Of a stretch of 64,000 nucleotides of DNA, positions 55,709 to 64,000 are shown piece after piece. The position numbers were made by a program, and so were the translations under genes. The stretch's first letter is position 1; each line of letters begins with the position of its first letter. The notes under the pieces are model-generated. The model did no database searches, was not told where the DNA came from, and saw nothing but the letters and a program-made list of their open reading frames with translations. The DNA is from Vairimorpha necatrix (lineage: Eukaryota), in NCBI GenBank assembly GCA_036630325.1, contig CP142730.1, positions 682,001-746,000 of the forward strand, in the 5' to 3' direction.

Positions 55709-57191
55709 AAAGCCCTTTACTAATTTTTATTATGTTATGTCTAGTCAATAGAATATTATACACGTGTATATTTTTAAAATAAAATCGATCTTATAAGTTA
55801 TAATATATAAATAAAAAGAAAGAAATGTTTTTTTTTCAGTGTAATTATCAATTCATTTAAAAAACAACTCTATAATGTACTAATAAATCTCATGCATGTA
55901 AACTTAAGAAATGGCAAAGTTGTATGTAATATATTATTTTGGCAAAGATGTACTAAAATTTTATATAGTAATTATAAGAATAAATTTTATTTAAAATCGA
56001 TTCATTGCAAAGTTCTAACAACAAAAATGATCTTAAACACTACTTAGAAATAACTATTATTATTTTTACAAAAATCATGATATTGATTTTATTTGAATCT
56101 AAAATTTTTTTAGACACTAAACTATGTCCTCTTCGAGTATATCTCAGAGAGATACACATAGTATAGAAATCATGCACTTTCTGTTTAGTTTTAATGTATT
56201 AAAAAGTGAAAAGCTTTACAACCGAGGCTATGCCGCTTTTATCTGCAATTTCTGTATATTAAACCACATATAGTGCCATATTATAGCGTATGAAAAAATC
56301 TGAACATGAATTGACACATTATTCCCGCCCATTTGTGTGAATCGAATTTATTTGTTCTCATACACTGCAATGAGATGCAGATTCTATTTATATTTGAGCT
56401 ATTATATATTATAACGCAAAAAATATAAATACCAGACTTAATAATTAATATTTATTCTTACGATTAAAGTTTCACGTTATATTTTTTTATCATGTTTATA
56501 TGAAAGATTTCATAGATTTTAAATATTTTTATCGCGTAAGACGGGAAAAAATTTATTTTTCACATATTTCAATTACAATATCTATTTTTTCTATTGAACA
56601 ATTATATTTTAATCAATTTACAAAACATCTAGATAATACTGAATAGTGCAAGCAAATTTGATAAACATATTATGCATAGAATTTTAAATTAGAGATTCGG
56701 AATTTGTTTTAATCGTTATATTAATCAAAATAAAAATGTAGAATATCATTTTTTATAGAATATATTTATGACCTAAATTTTAATCAAAAATTATTATTTT
56801 CCGATGGCATATTTTTAATCAAAAAAAAACTAGTTTGGATTTCATATGGGATGAGATAATTTAGATTATTTATTTAGTCTGTTTGAAGCTCACAATACAC
56901 AATTTTCGTAGTTCTTTTGTTTTTTAACGTTTTTGTTTTGGAATTTAAGGTGTCACAATATAATCTCCTTTTGTAAAACTCAATGTTCGACTTTTAGTAT
57001 TTTGATTACTAAGCTATACGTCCTTTAATGTAATAATAAACAAATATTAAATACGAAAAAAATTTGTTATATAAAAAAGCCATAAATATGGTTCTAACTA
57101 ACGAATCTAAACAAATACGTGTCCTTGGCTAATAATCTCCTTTTTATAAATTTTCTACTGCTATATAAAAATTTTATTTTTTTCTACCCAT

Positions 57192-58247
57192 ATGATTTTT
57201 TTTAAATTATTTTTTGTAAAAGATTTTGTAAAAGGAGCAAACATTTTTTACAACGAACTTAGCTCTGTTATTAATAAACAAGCAGAAAACGGAGACTTCA
57301 TTCAAATAAACAATGAATTTGAATATTTGGTGATATATTTCAATTTTGATACATTGAATAACGAAATAAATGCAAAGTTAAGAATAGAAACTTTTCCTTG
57401 GAAAATAAATCCAGTAATAGAGTTTATAAAGATTTCCATAGCTGACAAATCTATTGAAATAATCGTAACCGAGTTTGAAGATAAATTAATAAATGAGCTT
57501 CAAGAAATAAATCCAGATCGTATTATATTAATCTATAAACAAAAATATTGTGAATACAGCGATAAGTACAAAGATATTATAAAACAATTTAAAAATATTA
57601 ATGACGCAAGAAAAAAACTTAATATATATCACGATATTACATATGAATACATTACTCATGAATATGGTTTATGGATAACGGCGATTTATGAGCTAAGCTA
57701 TGAATTGGAAAAATATAAAGATCATTTAAGAACTCACAAAATACCAATCTACAGATATTACAACAATGATTTGACATTTTTATGTTTTAGTATTCAGTTA
57801 TGTAATATTTACTACCTATTTGAAATCAATATTAAAGATCTGAATGAAAAAATATTTCTTGAATCTACGGAATTTAAGTCTTCACATACAAATGAAACAG
57901 ATTTAGAAATTAGTAAATATTTTCATGAATTGTATAAGTATGTGAATATTGATGAGTTAAATACATACTGCGAAACTTTATCTACATTTAATAAATTCGA
58001 TAAATTTAAATTGACTGACACAGGATTCGAGTTAAAAATAGAAGACGATAAATTGTGTTTCATACAAAATTCTGTAAGATATTACTATCTTTTACAAAAT
58101 GGATGTAGTTTAAATGAGAAATGTTTTGAAGAATTTAGAGAAATTAATAATAAGATTATTAAAATTTTTAATTGTCTGAAATACGCAAAATGTGTAGAAA
58201 CATGTTTTCAATTATTAGATAGTAACAACAAAGTAGAGTTCTTATAA
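57192..58247 (+). CDS. Hypothetical protein, probably the N-terminal half of a frameshifted lineage-specific gene
   Basis: ATG after CCC; short hydrophobic N-terminus; stops 7 bp before the next ORF. Confidence 0.65.
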   Translation: MIFFKLFFVKDFVKGANIFYNELSSVINKQAENGDFIQINNEFEYLVIYFNFDTLNNEINAKLRIETFPWKINPVIEFIKISIADKSIEIIVTEFEDKLINELQEINPDRIILIYKQKYCEYSDKYKDIIKQFKNINDARKKLNIYHDITYEYITHEYGLWITAIYELSYELEKYKDHLRTHKIPIYRYYNNDLTFLCFSIQLCNIYYLFEINIKDLNEKIFLESTEFKSSHTNETDLEISKYFHELYKYVNIDELNTYCETLSTFNKFDKFKLTDTGFELKIEDDKLCFIQNSVRYYYLLQNGCSLNEKCFEEFREINNKIIKIFNCLKYAKCVETCFQLLDSNNKVEFL

Positions 58248-58254
58248 TAGAATC

Positions 58255-59427
58255 ATGAATAGGCCGGATACTGCTTTAAATATAATTTTTTCACACTTAT
58301 TACTAGACCAAAAATTAATAGAAAAAAATGAACTAAATAAAATTATAAAAGATAAAAAAACAATAAGAAAATTATTAAAAAGATTGTCAAACCATAGATT
58401 TTTATCAACTACTTTTGCTTTAAAAATTTGTATATTTTTAGAGGCAGAAAGATATATAAATGAAATTGACGTATATGATAAATCAATATTTGGTACTTTG
58501 AAGAAAATAGGAAAACTTTTTCAATCAAAATATAATAATAAAATATCATGTAATAATGAAAGTGTTGATCTTTTAAAAATATATCAAGAATTTTTAGTAC
58601 ATCATTTAAAAGATGTAAAAAATTTTAAGAACAATGTATGGACTTGTATCTTTGGATTAACTGGATTATTCACAGGATTAGATAAAAATATTTATGCTAT
58701 TGATGGTGATCTATTTTATTTTACAAAAGATTATGTCTTACCATATTTAGAAATCAATGAAAATGAAGTCAATAAAAACGCTGAAATAGTGCGGAACAAG
58801 CTGGTAAAAAGGTCTCAAGAAGATATAAAAGAGGAAAATATAAGATATTTAAATTCTATAAAATACGTTTTAGACGTAGTAAATGAGGAAAAATTAAACA
58901 TAAATTACATAAAAAAGATTCTCAAAAAGATAGATGTAACAAGATATAATGAATATTTGAATGAGATAAAAAATGAAGTAATGAATAAAGCGATAAACAC
59001 ATATGAAGAAATGATAAATGATATATTTTTAAATGAATATCAAGCAAAAGGCTTGAAAGAAATAGAAAATATATTTAATTACAATGAAATAATAAAAGAA
59101 CTACTAAAAACTATAGCTTTTTTAGATGAAAATATGATAAAAGAGTATAAAAACGAGATACAAAAAAAATTTACACGACAATTAAGAGTTTATAGAAAAG
59201 AAAATATAAAAGTTTACTGTAAAAATAATTTGACGAAAGTTATAGTAGAATTATTTGAGAGTGAGTTTGAGGATGACATAAAAATAAAGAAGGAAAAAAA
59301 GCAAAAGTTTATGAAAATGAAGGAAGTATTAGGAGGAAAGGATATTTTGGACATTTTAAACAAAACAGGAATAAACCTACACAAAGAACTAATTCAAAAA
59401 TTAGAAGAAAAGAAAAATAATAAATAA
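58255..59427 (+). CDS. Hypothetical K/E/N/I-rich protein, probably the C-terminal half of the same gene
   Basis: 390-aa ORF with no CCC motif upstream; abuts the previous ORF in a shifted frame. Confidence 0.6.
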   Translation: MNRPDTALNIIFSHLLLDQKLIEKNELNKIIKDKKTIRKLLKRLSNHRFLSTTFALKICIFLEAERYINEIDVYDKSIFGTLKKIGKLFQSKYNNKISCNNESVDLLKIYQEFLVHHLKDVKNFKNNVWTCIFGLTGLFTGLDKNIYAIDGDLFYFTKDYVLPYLEINENEVNKNAEIVRNKLVKRSQEDIKEENIRYLNSIKYVLDVVNEEKLNINYIKKILKKIDVTRYNEYLNEIKNEVMNKAINTYEEMINDIFLNEYQAKGLKEIENIFNYNEIIKELLKTIAFLDENMIKEYKNEIQKKFTRQLRVYRKENIKVYCKNNLTKVIVELFESEFEDDIKIKKEKKQKFMKMKEVLGGKDILDILNKTGINLHKELIQKLEEKKNNK

Positions 59428-60147
59428 ATTTATTTGCACAAGTTAGCGTGTAACGAAATAATATATTTTTATATAAATTTGCAATGTTATATAAGAAAAA
59501 TTTCAATCTTAAGTTTTCTATAGACAATGAAAAAAAAAACAAAATTTTTCCATTTTTACATTACAATTTTTATATAAAAGTTATAAATAACATAAAAATT
59601 CTTTCGAGAATCATTTTATAACTTTTTTTAGATCGTATTGGTAGATTTACGTTTCATTTGATGCTTTTATTGGTCTCAATTACGGGCGTTAACTTTGTTA
59701 TGTAGCTTACCAGACTCATTTATGACAATTTAAGAGCTCATTTTCATAAAAAAATTTAATGGCCCTTTAGGTCTCTTCTTATTTGATTTACTGCCTCTTT
59801 TATGCTTAAGAAGAGTCGTTTTATAATCATTTATTCTATTTATTTGGCTTTGGTCGTGTTCTGACCTCTTGAGCATATGAGAATTACAACTTTTAAATTA
59901 ATTTAGTTAATTAAGTATGTTTGTAAAAAAACATGTTTCAAATATTTAAAAATCATTTTCGTATGTTATCATGTCAGTTATAGCATTTCTGTTGATTTTT
60001 TTTACATGTTGAGCTTATGTTTATTTTTGTCTATTTACTTTGCTGTTTAGTTCTTCGTGTTTCTACCTAACATGCTTGTTGTTTTGTAAATAATACACAA
60101 TAAATTTTAATAATTATTTTTTAAGTTAATTTTTTCTTTCCCCTCTT

Positions 60148-61254
60148 ATGGAATTAACTCTTCTCAAAAATCAAGAATATCGTGTAGAAATAAATGACAC
60201 TCAAAAGTTCAAATTTATGATTCTATCTGGTTCAGCAGAAATTAAAGGCCAAGAACTTATTAATGAAAAATGGTACACAATAAAAAACACTAAAACATTT
60301 ATTTTCTCTTATACAGGCTGTAAACTCAAAATTGATGGCTCTTGTGATTTACAATTTATTTCTAATATTACAAATGTCCCAGAAATAGTAAAAATTTTTA
60401 ATTTTATTTTAAAAAATAATGAAAAAACTTTCTTAATCGTTGGTAAAGGAAGGACTACATTTTGTACTACAATAATAAATTATTTTATAAGGTTACACAA
60501 AAAAATTTTATTTACAGAAGTAGACCTAAAAAAAGGGAATATTTTCCCAGGTAGTCTTAGTACAATACATTTAGATACTTTAGTGGATTTTAATGAACAT
60601 TTTAAGTTATCAAATGTCTTATCTTTTTATTATGGAAATTTAGAAATAAAAAATTTTGATTTGTACTGGACACAAATTTCTAGACTCAAAGAAGCGATAG
60701 ATAAGAAAAATGTGGAAGATGTTCATTTAATTTTAGCTCCTAATGAGTCAAATAAATATTATCAAGAATTAATAAAAAAATTTAAAATTGATAGGTTAAT
60801 TTGTATAGGAGATGAAAGAAAATATAATCAAATAGAAATACCAATTTCTAAGACTTTTATACCTCTTAGTGGGTATATTGAGGAGAATACGGTAGAAAAA
60901 AGTATTTCTAGATATTTTAATGGTCCTAATAATGAATTTACACCTTTTTCATTTAGTGTAAAAAGAAAATGGAATGTTCTCCGTATAGGCGAAGAGTGTC
61001 TCGCGCCGGAAAGCGCCTTGCCACTTGGAAGTACAAGAAAATTGAATACACTAGAAATTAATGAAGTTTTATTAGAAAATAATAATATTTTAGGAATTTC
61101 TGAAGCTAAAAACCAAGAGGATGTTTTATTGGCACCAGTTTTAGGGTATTGTGTTATAACTAACAAGGACACTTTCAAGATTCTGTGTCCTCAGGCCAAA
61201 TTGCCCAAGTGTAGTAATTTTATACAAGGAGATATTAAATTTATGGATTTATAA
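60148..61254 (+). CDS. CLP1: mRNA cleavage and polyadenylation factor Clp1
   Basis: L..NQEYRVE, SGSAEIKGQEL, IFSYTGCKL, YFNGP..FTPFS, APESALPLG, PVLGY. P-loop is degenerate (GKGRTTF). Confidence 0.88.
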   Translation: MELTLLKNQEYRVEINDTQKFKFMILSGSAEIKGQELINEKWYTIKNTKTFIFSYTGCKLKIDGSCDLQFISNITNVPEIVKIFNFILKNNEKTFLIVGKGRTTFCTTIINYFIRLHKKILFTEVDLKKGNIFPGSLSTIHLDTLVDFNEHFKLSNVLSFYYGNLEIKNFDLYWTQISRLKEAIDKKNVEDVHLILAPNESNKYYQELIKKFKIDRLICIGDERKYNQIEIPISKTFIPLSGYIEENTVEKSISRYFNGPNNEFTPFSFSVKRKWNVLRIGEECLAPESALPLGSTRKLNTLEINEVLLENNNILGISEAKNQEDVLLAPVLGYCVITNKDTFKILCPQAKLPKCSNFIQGDIKFMDL

Positions 61255-61433
61255 ATAAATTCTTAACAAAAACTTTTTTTTGAAAATTTTTTACACATTT
61301 AATTCTTATTTTAAAAATTTTACGCCTAAAAAAAATTTTAAATTTAATGATAGTTAATTTTATAATTTAAATTGTAATAATTTAAAAACAATTAATACAT
61401 GTGTTTTTATAAAATAAATCTTTTTAATATTTT

Positions 61434-64000
61434 TTATAAGAATGCTAATTCTTTTCTGCACAAAGGACAATTTGTCTTTTTATATCCATAAAACCATTTC
61501 TGTATACATTTCGTATGGAACTTGTGACTACAGTGAAAACATTCAAACTCAGGGAAGCTTCCATCTTGTAAATGTAATATAAAATAGCAAATATAACATT
61601 CCTGGACTCCTTTGCTTTTCTGGTCTACATTATTTCTCCATATTTTAAGTAATTCTACAAAATTACTAGTTCGACTTAGAAGCTTAGAAATCTTCAGATT
61701 TAAAAGACTGTTTTTTTCCACGTTAGTGGTAAAATCGGGACTTACCAGGGGATACGAAGGCGGGAAGAATATTTCGCAGTCAAAATCATTTTCTTCTACT
61801 TGATATTTGAAGTTAATTCTGATACCAGAACTTTTTATAATTTTACTACATTTTATATTTTCGTCTATATTATTTGTTTCTTCTAAAATTAAATCTCTAA
61901 TGTTTTTTATGAGTAAATTTTCCTTTGTAGTTGCGTTTTTAATATCCGCGTTCGTTGGCTTGGAATATTTTCTATAAAGAGCAGGAAAAAGGAAAATTAA
62001 TTTTTTCTGGTATTTTGGATAAGAAGAATTAAGCAAATAAGTAAAACTTAGAGACTGAGATTTCGTCAATATTTTTTCTATAAAAAATATCAAATTCAGG
62101 TTTCTTATTTTCATAAGTGTCTCGATAAAAATATTTGGAAATTGAGATGACTCATGGGGCAAGTCACGAATTAAATAATTAGATCGATCTTCTGTTTCTG
62201 TGCCCTCGGTGAGCACTAGGAATTTATAGGTTTCTTCTAAAGATTCGGCGTATTTTTTACACATTAAATCTAAAACTGGCTCGTAAATATTAAATCTCTT
62301 TTCAGAATTTTCCAGATTTATGTCTTCTAAAATATATTCAGGGAAATCTCGCTTCTCAAAATTGTCTTTTAAATAATCTACGAATATTTCTAGAGATTCG
62401 TCTGACAAATACGAAGTCGTGGGGACTTCGACGATCAGGCCTCTTAGAATTTGCTGGTCGATTATTTTTGGATTCTTTGAATTTATAACATGCCCGTCAT
62501 TTTGGCCTTTTATTTCGTCTATTTCTCCTTCTATTAATTTCTCTATGTCTTTATTTCTAGAAAAAGGCTCTTCTACGTTTATTCCTAAGTCTCTGTAAAC
62601 TTTGTATAGGAAAAAGTTATTAATTTTTAGATTTAGCTTGGTTTCACATCTATTTTTATTATTTGTTTCTTCTTTAATATTTAATATGACATTACATAAT
62701 CTATAAATTATAAAGTCAAAATCATTTACAAGATTTTCTCTATAAAATTTCCTTATAAATTGTATTTCTAAATTTTGGCTCTTTTTTAATTCTACATTTT
62801 CATAAAAATATTCTATGTCTGTAAAATACGAGTCATTATATTCTAAAGTACAGGGGACTTTATAGTCCCCAAGCCACTTTACCACAGCCTCGTCGAACTC
62901 GTCTTTATTAAAAATTTCTAATTTGGAAATATTTTCAAGATATTCTAAATATTCTTGACATATTTCATCATAATCAATAAATCTTACTGCGTCAACAACC
63001 CCAAGGCAAAAAAGCATCAAGTCAAATTCTTTACAGTCAAAATTCGAGAAATCTCTAATTTGTTCTGTTTTAATCCACTTTTTCACTGTATTTGTAAACT
63101 TCTTTATATTTGCAATTTGTTTGTAATTGTCTAAATTTAATAAATTCATGATTTCTTCATTTGTGTAATCTTCTGGATATTTACAAATCAAATCCACTGT
63201 ATTTTTATAATCAAAAAGATCTTCTTTATCAAAAACATGGACAGAATATTTAGACTTATTTATAATTTCACTAGAAAAATATTCCCTGTTAAAAATTAGA
63301 CTTAGTAAAAAACCTCTTTGAATTTTCAATTTGTCATTTAAATATGTCAAAGAATCTAAAAGATTCTTAAAAATATTCATATTTGTGTTTTGGCATTCAC
63401 AAAGCGGCATTTTTGTGTCTACTGAATTTATCTTTTTGATAAAATCAAATTTCTTAATATACTTGAGAGCATCTTCTAAATCTTTATTGGTTATTTTATG
63501 TTTGTTTAAAACAAATTTAAGGATTTCATTTGGATTTTCAAAATTTTCATCGATTTGTTTAAAATTGTCTACGATCTGAAAAATGCAAAAATTTTCTGGG
63601 TTGATTTTGTCAAGATTAATTTTATAAAAACTTAATTTGTCATCACAATAATTTAAAAGAATTTTGAATTCTTCAAAATTTTTAACATTGTAATTTTCTA
63701 AATTTATGTGTAAATTTGTACTATTTTCTGCAAGATTATCTATGTTGTTTTCTAAAACATTTTTTTTATTTTTCAAAATTTCCTCTAATAAAAAAATTTC
63801 TATAAATTTCAAATCTTTGTTTATGCAAAATGGAATTTTTTGGTAAATTTTACACAAAATTTTCCACTTTGTTGTTATCAAAACAGGAATTTCAATCTCA
63901 ACAATTTTATCATAAATCTCTTCTATTTGACCTAAACAGTCCATTATAACATACAAATATTTCAAAACAATATTTGAGTTATATTTAAAAAATTCAATTT
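61434..64000 (-). CDS. LTN1: Listerin/Ltn1 (Rkr1) RING E3 ligase; 5' end lies beyond the window
   Basis: RWD-like FPPSYPL, then GVQECYICY..LH..CFHCSHKFHTKCIQKW..CPLCR. The frame is open to base 64000. Confidence 0.88.
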   Translation of the reverse strand, partial: IEFFKYNSNIVLKYLYVIMDCLGQIEEIYDKIVEIEIPVLITTKWKILCKIYQKIPFCINKDLKFIEIFLLEEILKNKKNVLENNIDNLAENSTNLHINLENYNVKNFEEFKILLNYCDDKLSFYKINLDKINPENFCIFQIVDNFKQIDENFENPNEILKFVLNKHKITNKDLEDALKYIKKFDFIKKINSVDTKMPLCECQNTNMNIFKNLLDSLTYLNDKLKIQRGFLLSLIFNREYFSSEIINKSKYSVHVFDKEDLFDYKNTVDLICKYPEDYTNEEIMNLLNLDNYKQIANIKKFTNTVKKWIKTEQIRDFSNFDCKEFDLMLFCLGVVDAVRFIDYDEICQEYLEYLENISKLEIFNKDEFDEAVVKWLGDYKVPCTLEYNDSYFTDIEYFYENVELKKSQNLEIQFIRKFYRENLVNDFDFIIYRLCNVILNIKEETNNKNRCETKLNLKINNFFLYKVYRDLGINVEEPFSRNKDIEKLIEGEIDEIKGQNDGHVINSKNPKIIDQQILRGLIVEVPTTSYLSDESLEIFVDYLKDNFEKRDFPEYILEDINLENSEKRFNIYEPVLDLMCKKYAESLEETYKFLVLTEGTETEDRSNYLIRDLPHESSQFPNIFIETLMKIRNLNLIFFIEKILTKSQSLSFTYLLNSSYPKYQKKLIFLFPALYRKYSKPTNADIKNATTKENLLIKNIRDLILEETNNIDENIKCSKIIKSSGIRINFKYQVEENDFDCEIFFPPSYPLVSPDFTTNVEKNSLLNLKISKLLSRTSNFVELLKIWRNNVDQKSKGVQECYICYFILHLQDGSFPEFECFHCSHKFHTKCIQKWFYGYKKTNCPLCRKELAFL

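Overview
Very AT-rich, intron-free eukaryotic DNA. Most genes have a CCC (occasionally GGG) triplet just upstream of the ATG and encode shortened, divergent proteins. This points to a microsporidian genome, probably Nosema/Vairimorpha-like (inference). Gene-dense housekeeping blocks encode RhoGAP, Ulp1, MCM6, NOG1, APC10, Pol alpha, an Arl8-like GTPase, RPC17, RRB1, CBF5, PCNA, RNase Z, RIO1, CLP1 and LTN1. The window also holds a bacterial-type asparagine synthetase A and a ~2150-aa RNA-dependent RNA polymerase. Mobile DNA is abundant: (1) a nested cluster at 0.1-5.5 kb (pogo inside Merlin inside an RLE-type LINE, plus a second Merlin, an IS630/Tc1-like element and an A-tailed non-coding repeat); (2) a full-length Ty3/gypsy element with identical 124-bp LTRs and one nonsense codon; (3) a Merlin inserted into a Tc1-like relic; (4) a MITE-like element; (5) a recent 2042-bp LTR element encoding only a Gag-like protein, with structured LTRs and a palindrome where the tRNA primer-binding site should be. 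All calls come from reading motifs by eye; no searches were run.
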